Assembly: GCA_039033955.1 (NCBI GenBank)
Contig: JBCCBQ010000001.1
Location: forward strand, 120,190 to 152,189
Length of the DNA: 32,000 bases
From: Pseudomonadota bacterium
GTDB taxonomy: Bacteria; Pseudomonadota; Alphaproteobacteria; Caulobacterales; Hyphomonadaceae
Direction: 5' to 3'
Positions 1 through 8,417 of the stretch are shown piece by piece. The position numbers and the translations under genes are program-made. A model generated the notes under the pieces. That model made no database searches, was not told where the DNA came from, and was given only the letters and a program-made list of their open reading frames with translations. How positions within the stretch are numbered: the stretch's first letter is position 1; each line of letters opens with the position of its first letter.

Positions 1-1491
1 AAAGCTGGAGAGATAGGCTCCGAGATTGGCCGTGGTCTGAACATCCATGCCGAGGAAACGATGGTCGGCGTCGAGGGTGAGGGTGGCCGTAGTGCGGTGG
101 TCGCGGCCATGGGCATCGCAGAGGAAACTCTCTTCGCGGGAGGCTACCCATTTCACTGGGCGGCCGATCTTGTAGCTTGCCCAGAGTACGGCGCACTCTT
201 CCGGATAGATGAAGATTTTCGACCCGAACCCGCCACCGATGTCTGGAGAGACGACGCGGAGATTATGCTCCCCGATGAAGCCGACGGTTTCAGCGATGAC
301 CTTGCGAGCCATGTGAGGGTTCTGGCTGGTGGTATAGAGCGTCGCCGTCTCATCGCCCATATAATAGTCAGCGATGGCCGCGCGGGGTTCCAGTGCATTG
401 GGGATCAGGCGATTGTTGGTGAGGGAAATTTCGACCGTATGAGCGGCCTTTTCGAGGGCCTGCTCGACGCCGGTCTCGTCGCCGAATTGCCAGTCGAAAC
501 AGAGATTGTTTGCAGCCTCATTGTGGAGAGGCATTGAAACATCTGCTTTGAGGGGATCGACATTGTGAGGCTGGCTTTCGAGGATTGCCGTCACAGCCTT
601 GGCAGCTTTCTTTGCGATGTCGGCGGTCTCCGCCAGCACGATGGCGTAGGCGTCGCCGACATAGCGCAGGCGATCATGGGCAAGAATCGGTCGCCGCCCG
701 CCGCGCATGGGCGATCCATCTCGTGACCGCACCATCCAGCCGCACCCGAGGTCGCCGAGGCCATCGGCAAGAATATCGGCTCCGGTGAAGACCGCAGCGA
801 CGCCGGGAATCCTGAGTGCGTCAGATACGTCTACGGACTTTATGTTAGCTTGGGCAACGGTGGACCGGACGAAGGTCGCATGGAGCTGTCGATTGATGTC
901 GACGTCGGCGCAGTATCTGCCCTTACCGGTGAGGAATCTCTTGTCTTCTTTGCGCGGTGTGGCGGCACCGATGCTGGTCACGCCACCCGCTGCCGATTGG
1001 ATCGCTCTCTGCTCGGTGGCGAGACTGCGCACGGCCCGGACGATGTTCTGGTATCCCGTGCAGCGGCAGATGTTTCCCTTGAGCCCTTCGCGGATGTCGT
1101 CGTCGGTCGGGTTGGGATTGCGCCTGAGGAGTTCGCGCACGCTCATCACCATGCCGGGTGTGCAGAAGCCGCATTGCAGGGCGTGTTTTGCGCGGAAAGC
1201 CTCTTGAACTCTGTCGAGCTTCGGGCCGTCAGCGACGCCCTCTATGGTATTGATGATCGCCCCGTCGGCCTGGTGGGTGAGCACGGTGCAAGCTTTCACC
1301 GATGCACCGTCGAGCTCGATGGTGCAGGCACCGCAGCGCGCGGTCTGGCAGCCAATATGGGTTCCGGTGAGTTTAAGTGTGTCGCGCAGGGTATCGACGA
1401 GGGCGGTAGTCGCTTTAGGGTAGGTGACGGTGTGCTGGCCGTTCACTGTGAACGAGACGGTGCCGTGCGGATTATCGGTAACCTTAAGCAA
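1..1491 (-). CDS. Fused [2Fe-2S]-binding (CoxS-type small subunit) and molybdopterin hydroxylase large subunit (CoxL/xanthine dehydrogenase family) protein; 3' part runs off the left window edge
   Basis: Absent from the ORF track because it has no stop inside the window. Manual reverse translation of 1491->1 gives one open frame of 497 codons. It reads VSFTVNGQHTV..LKLTGTHIGCQTARCGACT..ALQCGFCTPGM..GNICRCTGYQNIV (both Cys clusters of CoxS-type subunits). It continues in frame into IGAATPRKEDKRFLTGKGRY...SPDIGGGFGSK...ANLGAYLSSF (large-subunit N-terminal half). The start is uncertain: TTG at 1491 or ATG at 1551. Confidence 0.85.
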   Translation of the reverse strand, partial: MLKVTDNPHGTVSFTVNGQHTVTYPKATTALVDTLRDTLKLTGTHIGCQTARCGACTIELDGASVKACTVLTHQADGAIINTIEGVADGPKLDRVQEAFRAKHALQCGFCTPGMVMSVRELLRRNPNPTDDDIREGLKGNICRCTGYQNIVRAVRSLATEQRAIQSAAGGVTSIGAATPRKEDKRFLTGKGRYCADVDINRQLHATFVRSTVAQANIKSVDVSDALRIPGVAAVFTGADILADGLGDLGCGWMVRSRDGSPMRGGRRPILAHDRLRYVGDAYAIVLAETADIAKKAAKAVTAILESQPHNVDPLKADVSMPLHNEAANNLCFDWQFGDETGVEQALEKAAHTVEISLTNNRLIPNALEPRAAIADYYMGDETATLYTTSQNPHMARKVIAETVGFIGEHNLRVVSPDIGGGFGSKIFIYPEECAVLWASYKIGRPVKWVASREESFLCDAHGRDHRTTATLTLDADHRFLGMDVQTTANLGAYLSSF

Positions 1492-2119
1492 AGAGCTGTC
1501 CGATCCGTGCCAATCGGGGGAACACCATCGGCACCCGTTGCTGATAGTCATTATAAGCGCTGCCGAAGCGAGCCGTCAGCTCCCGTTCTTCCATCAGCAT
1601 GATGAGGTAGAGCCCGGCGAAGAATAATCCGGACACGATGTATCCGCCGGTATAGTTGGCGGCGAGCGCCCAACCCACCGTGCCGACGACGATCATGAAA
1701 TAGCGGGGGTGGCGGACGATGGAAAAGGGGCCCGCCTCAATCAGTTCGTGGGCCTCGCTTTTCACTTCCGGAATACCGGCAAATGTGCGGAAGCTGAGAT
1801 GCGAGCGAATGCGCGACGACATACGGAGGCTGCCGATATAAATTGCCGTGCCGGCGACCAATAAAGGAATACTCGTTCCAAGATCCCGTCCGATCGCCGT
1901 TTCAAAATTCAGGATAATAAGGGTGAGGGTTGTCAGAATCACAACGAGCGCTGCGGTATACGCTTGCCAAGCGGGACGGGTTTTCCAGGCCGAAATCGCC
2001 CCATGAATGGTGAGCCAGAATACAATAACGACCGGCAATATAACGATCAGCACGACCGTCAGGCCGTATCTCACAGCGTCGAGCGATATCGCATCCATGT
2101 CGTATAAAAGCGTGGACAC
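1484..2119 (-). CDS. Isoprenylcysteine carboxyl methyltransferase (ICMT)/phospholipid methyltransferase-family membrane protein
   Basis: 211-aa ORF with a GTG start and multiple hydrophobic helices. The C-terminal signature is GPFSIVRHPRYFMIVVG...LMEERELTARFGSAYNDYQQRVP, typical of the ICMT/PEMT-like family. Its stop overlaps the probable start of the downstream Mo-hydroxylase gene. Confidence 0.7.
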   Translation of the reverse strand: MSTLLYDMDAISLDAVRYGLTVVLIVILPVVIVFWLTIHGAISAWKTRPAWQAYTAALVVILTTLTLIILNFETAIGRDLGTSIPLLVAGTAIYIGSLRMSSRIRSHLSFRTFAGIPEVKSEAHELIEAGPFSIVRHPRYFMIVVGTVGWALAANYTGGYIVSGLFFAGLYLIMLMEERELTARFGSAYNDYQQRVPMVFPRLARIGQLFA

Positions 2120-2157
2120 TTAGTTGTGTCAAAACACGTGTTCGGTTAAACGGCACC

Positions 2158-2535
2158 ATGGAATCCCTGAGCACGTCGGACATTTCAACCCATGATCTGG
2201 TGCGCAAGCTCATAGGGGGGATGCCCGGGCGGTTGAATAAGGATGCCGCCAAAGGTCTGGACGCAACAATTGAATTCGATCTGGTCGGTGAAGGCGGTGG
2301 CGTGTTCCAGATCGTAATTCAAAACCAGACATGCCACATTGAAGAAGGAAAAAGTCCCGACCCTAGCGCCTCGGTGAAGATGTCTACAGACACCTACATC
2401 GACTTGGCTCTCGGGCGCGTGACGGGTTCTCAAGCCTTTTACAAACGCAAGGTTCGACTGAAAGGCGGTCTGAACCTCATCATCAAGATGCACACGCTAT
2501 TTCCTTCGCTCTCCAAGGACGAGCAGCAACTTTAG
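2158..2535 (+). CDS. SCP2 sterol-binding domain protein
   Basis: 125 aa. The pattern GLDATIEFDLVGEGGGVFQIVI...SVKMSTDTYIDLALGRVTGSQAFYKRKVRLKGGLNLIIKM matches the SCP-2 lipid-transfer fold consensus. Confidence 0.75.
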   Translation: MESLSTSDISTHDLVRKLIGGMPGRLNKDAAKGLDATIEFDLVGEGGGVFQIVIQNQTCHIEEGKSPDPSASVKMSTDTYIDLALGRVTGSQAFYKRKVRLKGGLNLIIKMHTLFPSLSKDEQQL

Positions 2536-2549
2536 GAAAGTCGGTTCGA

Positions 2550-3020
2550 TTAACCGCCGCAGGGACCTTGGTGGGTTCCGCTCATGGTAAAATTTGACGT
2601 GATGGTCATGCCTTCCATGTTGCCGTTGAGATCCAGCGATCCAGTACCGGATCGCCGATCTTCGGCGACGGTGTAGGTGTAATCTCCCACCATTTGCATC
2701 CCATCCTGTATGCAAGTGATGGTCGTGCTCATGGTCAGTCCCGAGATGCTGATTTCGGAGTATTGGCATTCACCGCCGCCGTCTTCCTGCATTTCCTGAA
2801 TCATTCGCTCAGGCGTGAGCGTTGCGTCTTCTGGCTTGATACACTCGGCGTCCGTAAAGGTCCTCGACGGCATCGCAAAGCTTTGGCCTCCGCCCATGTC
2901 TGCGACGCCAGACATTGTATTCTCAAAGGTCCATTGTCCCGGTTCGATAGAGATTGAATCTTGAGCAAAAGCGGCACCACCGAGTGCAATGGCTGCTGTT
3001 GTGGCAAACAAAATTCTCAT
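2550..3020 (-). CDS. Secreted hypothetical protein, DUF3617-like
   Basis: The internal ATG at 3020 gives MRILFATTAAIALGGAAFAQ, a signal peptide. The mature part has PGQW..E, spaced Cys residues and a Gly-rich beta pattern, as I recall for DUF3617. The 20 aa upstream in the longest ORF look non-coding. Confidence 0.5.
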   Translation of the reverse strand: MRILFATTAAIALGGAAFAQDSISIEPGQWTFENTMSGVADMGGGQSFAMPSRTFTDAECIKPEDATLTPERMIQEMQEDGGGECQYSEISISGLTMSTTITCIQDGMQMVGDYTYTVAEDRRSGTGSLDLNGNMEGMTITSNFTMSGTHQGPCGG

Positions 3021-3122
3021 ATGTGCGTCCCTTCCTATTCCCCCGAGCCAACAGCCTACGCTGTTTGGATACGGAAACACAATCCACCTGAATTGGGGGT
3101 GAACTCGGGGGTCGTCGCAGTA

Positions 3123-3611
3123 CTAGAAGCCAACTCCCAGCGCCACGCCGAAGACGAAAGCGTCTTCACCGCTGGAGATATCGTAGTGAGCTTGAGGAGC
3201 GATGGTGAAGCGTTCGGCGATTTCGATCTCGTAAAGCGCACCTATCCGACCGATAGCAAACGTTTCATGGTCTTCACCTTCATCGATGAACTCGACGCCC
3301 GGGCCGACCTGCACAGCGAGCCCCTTCCAGATATGGATGTCCGCGACTGCGAGTAGGGTCGTTGCATCGATATCGCCGACGGCATGCTCGACAACGGCCC
3401 CGACGCCTATGAGACGGTTTAGTCGGTATTCATAGTCGACGCCGATTGTGAAGGCCGTTTCGTCAGCTGACGGAATTGTTGTGCCGCCGATCACGACCGA
3501 GACGTGCTGCCGACGATCTTCTTCGAACTCGACGTCGATCTGCGCATACATCAATGGGTTCAGAACAAGACCCGCAAGGGCAACGAGCAGAATCCGCAGC
3601 ACAGGCAGCAT
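3123..3611 (-). CDS. Hypothetical small outer-membrane beta-barrel-like protein
   Basis: 162 aa with signal peptide MLPVLRILLVALAGLVLNPLMYA. It shows alternating hydrophobic beta-strand periodicity and a C-terminal ...ALGVGF ending in Phe, as in OM barrels. No family recognised. Confidence 0.4.
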   Translation of the reverse strand: MLPVLRILLVALAGLVLNPLMYAQIDVEFEEDRRQHVSVVIGGTTIPSADETAFTIGVDYEYRLNRLIGVGAVVEHAVGDIDATTLLAVADIHIWKGLAVQVGPGVEFIDEGEDHETFAIGRIGALYEIEIAERFTIAPQAHYDISSGEDAFVFGVALGVGF

Positions 3612-3683
3612 CCTTCCGGCATTGGCTGGCAGAAGACTTAAGTCAGGCCGGACAAACTGTCTTTCCGGATACCTCCAGATTAT

Positions 3684-4496
3684 TCAAATTTCGCCCTGAA
3701 GTTCCAATTCGACAGGCCCCGTCATGTGGACCCTGTCATCTTCCTCGCGCCAGTGGACAGTGAGGTCGCCGCCATCAAGCATCATGCGCGCCTTGCGTTC
3801 TGTCAGACCGGCTCTAGCAGCGCAAACAAGTGCGGCGCAGGCTCCTGTACCGCAGGCGAGGGTAAGGCCAGCTCCTCGTTCCCAGACTTTCAGCCGGATC
3901 GTTTCCCGATCGAGAATCTGCGCGAAGCCGACATTGACGCCTTCCGGGAAAAGGGGGTGGCCTTCTACGAGAGGTCCGACGGCTGGAATTTCATAGGCGT
4001 CCACATCGTCCACGAAGAAGACCGCGTGGGGGTTGCCCATGGAAACGACCGCAGGGCGGGAAAGGATCGGATCATCTATTGGGCCGATTTTGACGTCGAC
4101 ACCGCGCACATCCATTGCTTCAGCCAACGGGATATCCTCCCACCCCATTAGCGGAGACCCCATATCCACCGTGATGAGACCCTCGGTGCCGGCGCGTCTG
4201 GCTTTCAGGACATCGGCCTCGGTTTGGATGGTGACCATGTCCTTGCCTGTTTCGGCCAGCATAAGCTCGCCGACACAGCGGGTAACGTTCCCGCAGGCTG
4301 ACACTTCGCCACCGTCGGCGTTCCAGATCCGCATGAACACATCGCGCGTCGGCGCACGTTCCAGGGCGATCACCTGGTCGGCGCTCGTCTCCGAGGCAAT
4401 TTCACGGATCTGCGCTTCACTCGGCGCGAAGGGCGTCTCCCGCGCGTCGAAGATCATGAAGGCGTTACCCGCACCGTTCATCTTCCAGAATTTCAT
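3684..4496 (-). CDS. dapF: Diaminopimelate epimerase
   Basis: 270 aa. N-terminus MKFWKMNGAGNAFMIFD, plus both catalytic Cys motifs (SACGNVTRC and ACGTGACA). Confidence 0.9.
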   Translation of the reverse strand: MKFWKMNGAGNAFMIFDARETPFAPSEAQIREIASETSADQVIALERAPTRDVFMRIWNADGGEVSACGNVTRCVGELMLAETGKDMVTIQTEADVLKARRAGTEGLITVDMGSPLMGWEDIPLAEAMDVRGVDVKIGPIDDPILSRPAVVSMGNPHAVFFVDDVDAYEIPAVGPLVEGHPLFPEGVNVGFAQILDRETIRLKVWERGAGLTLACGTGACAALVCAARAGLTERKARMMLDGGDLTVHWREEDDRVHMTGPVELELQGEI

Positions 4497-4543
4497 GGGG
4501 CGCTACTTAGTGGCTTTCACTCCAAAATGAAATGGAAAAGGGA

Positions 4544-5494
4544 TCAACGCACGGCACCAGCGGGGCGGGTGCGGAGCGCATTCCAGATGAAAAGGCCGCC
4601 AGCAATCCATATCGGTAAGGACAGGACCATGCCCATTGTGACGCCCCCAAAAAGGAACTCGATATGGGCATCGGGCTGGCGGAAATTCTCCGCTATTGTG
4701 CGGCCAATCCCGTACATGATGAAGAACAAACCGGTAGCGAGACCGGGCTTACTCAGGATTTTGTAGCGCCAGGCCAAAACGCCCATCACGATGAAGGGGA
4801 TCAGTCCTTCAAGCAGCCCCTCATAGATTTGGCTTGGATGTCGCGGCATCTCTGTTCCGAGGTACACCCAGGTTTTCTGAACGGCGTCCCATGCTGCTGG
4901 TGGACCCGAGGCATTTGGAGAAATGCCTTCGGGAAAGACCATCCCAAGCGGGCTTGTCGTATGGCGACCGTAGAGTTCAGCATTCATGAAATTGCCGAGG
5001 ATGCGGACCATGAAAACCGGGATTGGTGCCAGCATCGCGGCGAGGTCTGCGAAATTCAGGAGCGGAATGTTGCGGGCTCGGGACACCAGAAAAATGACGA
5101 GGCAGACCCCGATAAAGCCACCATGGAAAGAGAGGCCGCCATCCCATACCCGGATAAGGCTAAGCGGATCAGCGGCAATCCGGCCGGGCTCGAATGGCAG
5201 CTGATAGAACAGAACATATCCGATGCGCCCGCCCAGGATCATGCCGACCAAAGCCCACACGAACACGTCGTCAGTATGTTCTCGTGTGACCGGTGAAGGC
5301 GTGCCGCCATAAAGCGCTGGCCGCTCTATGATGCGGTTTATGTACGCAAATCCTACGAGCAAACCGATGATGTATGAAATCGCGTACCATCGGAGCGGCA
5401 GAGGACCGATTTCGAGACCGAAGAGCCCGAATTCCGGTATCGTAAAGACATACGGACTGAACTCGGGGAATGCGAGTGCGGCGAATGCAATCAT
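4544..5494 (-). CDS. lgt: Prolipoprotein diacylglyceryl transferase
   Basis: Polytopic membrane protein with RWYAISYIIG, GGRIGYVLFY, HGGFIG and GNFMNAELYGR motifs. The start was chosen at the internal ATG (5494, MIAFAALAF...), because the longer ORF overlaps the ubiK start region. Confidence 0.9.
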   Translation of the reverse strand: MIAFAALAFPEFSPYVFTIPEFGLFGLEIGPLPLRWYAISYIIGLLVGFAYINRIIERPALYGGTPSPVTREHTDDVFVWALVGMILGGRIGYVLFYQLPFEPGRIAADPLSLIRVWDGGLSFHGGFIGVCLVIFLVSRARNIPLLNFADLAAMLAPIPVFMVRILGNFMNAELYGRHTTSPLGMVFPEGISPNASGPPAAWDAVQKTWVYLGTEMPRHPSQIYEGLLEGLIPFIVMGVLAWRYKILSKPGLATGLFFIMYGIGRTIAENFRQPDAHIEFLFGGVTMGMVLSLPIWIAGGLFIWNALRTRPAGAVR

Positions 5495-5572
5495 TGAAAA
5501 GCCTTTACCCTTAAGCGTTTCGATACCATCTGCTAGGACAGAAAGGCGACATTTGCTTGAAGGAGTACCTGC

Positions 5573-5818
5573 ATGGCGGGCCAAAATCCACTGCTTGATG
5601 AACTAGCTGGTTTGATGACCGGCGCTATGGGTGCGGCGCGGTCGGTCGGAGAGGAAGCTCAAACGCTCGTTCAAAACCAGGCGGCACGCCTCGTCGCGGA
5701 TATGGACCTTGCCACCCGAGAGGATGTGGACGTGCTGAAGGCGCTGCTGCAGTCGGCCATTGAACGGATAGATGCGTTGGAAGACGAACTCGCGTCCATG
5801 AAGGCAGATAGCGAGTAA
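5573..5818 (+). CDS. ubiK: UbiK/BMFP (YqiC) family accessory factor, coiled-coil
   Basis: 81 aa with a strong AAGGAG Shine-Dalgarno 7 nt upstream. The pattern NPLLDELAGLMTGAMG...ATREDVDVLKALL...RIDALEDEL is typical of the UbiK/BMFP family. Confidence 0.7.
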   Translation: MAGQNPLLDELAGLMTGAMGAARSVGEEAQTLVQNQAARLVADMDLATREDVDVLKALLQSAIERIDALEDELASMKADSE

Positions 5819-5841
5819 CAGGCGAATTCAGGAACGAAACC

Positions 5842-6090
5842 ATGCTCGTCATCCTGAAATTTATTCTGATTTTTATCATCCTTCTGCTGATCCTGCTCAT
5901 TCTGATGCGGCTTTGGCGAGGAGGAGGCTGGTGGGGCGGAGGTCAGCGCCGCGGACCCGAGCCCGGTGATCCGGGATTGGCGAGAACCCTGACGGATGAT
6001 GCCATAGACAAGGCTACGGGTAATATCGGCGATGAAACACCGACAAAGGAAAAGGTGCCCGCAACAAGCGAAGATGACTCCAAGAGCTAG
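5842..6090 (+). CDS. Hypothetical small membrane protein (one TM, Gly/Trp-rich linker, acidic tail)
   Basis: 82 aa. It has a very hydrophobic N-terminus MLVILKFILIFIILLLILLILM, then RGGGWWGGGQRRG. There is no family signal, so coding status is uncertain. Confidence 0.35.
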   Translation: MLVILKFILIFIILLLILLILMRLWRGGGWWGGGQRRGPEPGDPGLARTLTDDAIDKATGNIGDETPTKEKVPATSEDDSKS

Positions 6091-6113
6091 GCTTAGGCAG
6101 ATTCGCGCTTTGG

Positions 6114-7607
6114 TTGATTGTTGGACAAATCTTACTGGTCTTTCATCTTTGCATGGCTTGGGTGGACGGCTTCAAAGAAAACCGAACAACAGCGCAGCTG
6201 GACGCAGTTGGCAGCGCTGAGACAGACCTTGCGGCAAATAGGCTAGCCGATCGAGCGCCGTTTTTATCGAGCCGACGCCTGAACGGTAGGGTGAGCTGGC
6301 TCTGGCGCTTTATTGGCGGAATAGCGCTGTTGGCTCTTCTCGCTCCGGGCGTCGTCATCGCGACCCTGTCGAATGCGTTTCTGGCGCTCTTTTTTACAAT
6401 GATTGTTTTGCGCGGCGCACTGGTTGCGGCGTCCGCGACGTATAGACGAAAGCGAACGACGAACCGCTCGGCGTTTTCGCTGATGCGGGCCTGGCCCGAC
6501 TACACCTTATTGATCCCGCTTTACGACGAGGCGGAGTCCGTTCCGGGGCTGGTAGAAGCCCTGAAGCGCTTAGACTACCCGGCTGAGAAGAAAGAAGTGA
6601 TATTCCTGACCGAGGAAACCGACAGCGAAACCACGCAAGCCCTGAGACGCAGCTGCCTGCCAACAAACTGGTCTATACTTGTCCTGCCCGACGGACTTCC
6701 AAGAACGAAGCCGAGGGCGTTGAATGTAGGTTTGCAGCGCGCGTGCGGAAAGTACCTGACGATTTACGACGCTGAGGATCGTCCCCATCCGTCTCAGCTA
6801 AAGGCTGCCGTTTCAGAGTTTGAGCAATCAGGATCGCAGGAGTGCGCCTGTGTGCAGGCTCCATTACGAGCGCACAACGCCGCCTGTAGTTGGACCGCTG
6901 GTCAATGGGGCCTGGAATACGACGTTCATTTCGGTCTTATCGTTCCGGCACTCGCCGATGCTAGGTTGCCGATCGCACTGGGGGGAACAAGCAATCACTT
7001 TCGAGTGGATGTCCTCAAAGCTGTGGGAGGGTGGGACGCTTGGAATGTTACCGAAGACGCCGATCTGGGGCTCCGCTTCGCCCGGCTCGGTTGGAAGATT
7101 TCGTCAATCTCGCCGCCGACACTCGAAGAGGCTCCTGAGAAACTGAGTGTCTGGACGGCCCAGCGCTCGCGATGGATCAAGGGCTACATTCAGACATGGG
7201 CGGTGCTGATGACGCGGCCTTTGGATGTCGCGGCGGAGGTTGGAGTCCGAGGGTATTTGTGTACACACCTGCTGCTGGCTGGAGCCATTCTATCTGCGTG
7301 CCTGCATGGACCGCTTTTCATTTGGTGTCTCGCAAGTCTTGCGGTTCCAGGCATGGGGGTCGGGGGCATTAGCCTTGCAGTGGTCAGTCTTGGATATTTG
7401 GTGAGCGCAATATCTGCGATAGTGGCACCGGGCAATCGCAGGCACAGATGGCTTTTGGTGATGACGTTGCCCATCTACTGGCCGTTGCTTTCTATCGCCG
7501 CCGCGAGAGCCATAGTCGAGCTTTTCCGATCTCCCTATAGCTGGGCGAAGACGCCCCATGGCTTGACGGCGCACGCCCCATCACTAGACCCGGCAGCATT
7601 CTACTAG
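6114..7607 (+). CDS. Membrane-embedded processive family-2 glycosyltransferase (synthase-type; D, DxD, TED, QxxRW motifs)
   Basis: 497 aa. An N-terminal TM segment is followed by the GT-A core with LIPLYDEAE, TIYDAEDRP, NVTEDADLG and QRSRWIKGY. Several C-terminal TM helices follow. The start (TTG 6114 vs ATG 6153) is uncertain. Confidence 0.8.
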   Translation: MIVGQILLVFHLCMAWVDGFKENRTTAQLDAVGSAETDLAANRLADRAPFLSSRRLNGRVSWLWRFIGGIALLALLAPGVVIATLSNAFLALFFTMIVLRGALVAASATYRRKRTTNRSAFSLMRAWPDYTLLIPLYDEAESVPGLVEALKRLDYPAEKKEVIFLTEETDSETTQALRRSCLPTNWSILVLPDGLPRTKPRALNVGLQRACGKYLTIYDAEDRPHPSQLKAAVSEFEQSGSQECACVQAPLRAHNAACSWTAGQWGLEYDVHFGLIVPALADARLPIALGGTSNHFRVDVLKAVGGWDAWNVTEDADLGLRFARLGWKISSISPPTLEEAPEKLSVWTAQRSRWIKGYIQTWAVLMTRPLDVAAEVGVRGYLCTHLLLAGAILSACLHGPLFIWCLASLAVPGMGVGGISLAVVSLGYLVSAISAIVAPGNRRHRWLLVMTLPIYWPLLSIAAARAIVELFRSPYSWAKTPHGLTAHAPSLDPAAFY

Positions 7608-7626
7608 CTCCAGGGAAGACAATACG

Positions 7627-7851
7627 ATGGGATGGACGTTGACCATTATCGGCCTCACCGTGTCCCTCTCGCTGGCTGTCCTGGCCAATTGGCGGGCCGG
7701 TTTGCCAAAAGAAGATATTCGGCCTTGGGCAGTGCCCTGGAGGCTGGTGCTGATCTTCTCAGGGTTTTTCTTCTTCCTGTTTGTCGTCAATGCAGTGAAC
7801 CTTTTGGGCATTGAAACCGGGCCTGACCAATCGCCATTTTCGCGTTTCTAG
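7627..7851 (+). CDS. Hypothetical small membrane protein (2 TM)
   Basis: 74 aa with two clear hydrophobic helices (WTLTIIGLTVSLSLAVLA and LVLIFSGFFFFLFVVNAV). It lies 20 nt downstream of the GT2 gene. Confidence 0.4.
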   Translation: MGWTLTIIGLTVSLSLAVLANWRAGLPKEDIRPWAVPWRLVLIFSGFFFFLFVVNAVNLLGIETGPDQSPFSRF

Positions 7852-7919
7852 GTAGCTGCCTTGTGAAGCCAGCCATGCTATGTTTTCGATACCGAAACAA
7901 AGCCAAAAGGGAGGATAAG

Positions 7920-8312
7920 ATGGCGACACCCCAGGAATTGATGCAGATCGGCGGAAAGCTCGTTGAGATGTGCAATGCAGGACAGGATACAGAGTGCCTT
8001 GACCAGCTTTACTCGGCAGACGCCGTGTCCGCTGAAGCGGTACCGATGCCGGGTCAGGATAGCGCAGAGGCACCAGGCCTTGATGCAATAAAAGGCAAGC
8101 ACGAATGGTGGTTTGCCAACAATGAGGTGCACTCGTCACAGGCTGAAGGCCCCTTCGTTCATGGTGACGATCGCTTCAACGTTATCTTCAGCATGGACGT
8201 GACGGACAGGAATACAGGCGAGCGGACGCAAATGCGCGAAGTCGCGACATACTATGTCAACGATGCGGGCAAGATCCATCGTGAAGAGTTTGCCTATCCC
8301 CTGGAGGGATAA
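7920..8312 (+). CDS. SnoaL-like/NTF2-fold protein
   Basis: The start was moved to ATG 7920, which sits behind a strong GGGAGGA Shine-Dalgarno. The 130-aa product has an NTF2-like pattern (LYSADAVSAE..., KHEWWFANNEVHS, FSMDVTDRNTGERTQMREVATYYV). Confidence 0.6.
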   Translation: MATPQELMQIGGKLVEMCNAGQDTECLDQLYSADAVSAEAVPMPGQDSAEAPGLDAIKGKHEWWFANNEVHSSQAEGPFVHGDDRFNVIFSMDVTDRNTGERTQMREVATYYVNDAGKIHREEFAYPLEG

Positions 8313-8417
8313 ATCGGCGAAACCTGCAACAATCTGACCTTGCGTGACGGCTTGGCCTCGTCTCGGCGAGCGGTTAGATTGTGTATGTAGATGAGAGAAT
8401 GAAAAGGGAGCCACTCT

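Noticed and set aside
61-1602. Plus-strand ORFs of 158, 166 and 250 aa (61-537, 707-1207, 850-1602)
   Set aside because: They lie antisense to the clearly recognisable CoxS-CoxL fusion frame on the minus strand. Their sequences are Arg/Ala/Gly-rich shadow ORFs with no motifs.
2133-2142. 10-bp palindrome AACACGTGTT between the divergent ICMT and SCP2 genes
   Set aside because: It is too short to be meaningful: about 30 such palindromes are expected by chance in 32 kb (32000/4^5). There is no supporting second site.
3612-3683. TCCGGC...GCCGGA inverted repeat downstream of dapF, considered as a terminator
   Set aside because: It has a 6-bp stem with a 26-nt loop and no T-run on the relevant strand, so it is not a convincing intrinsic terminator.
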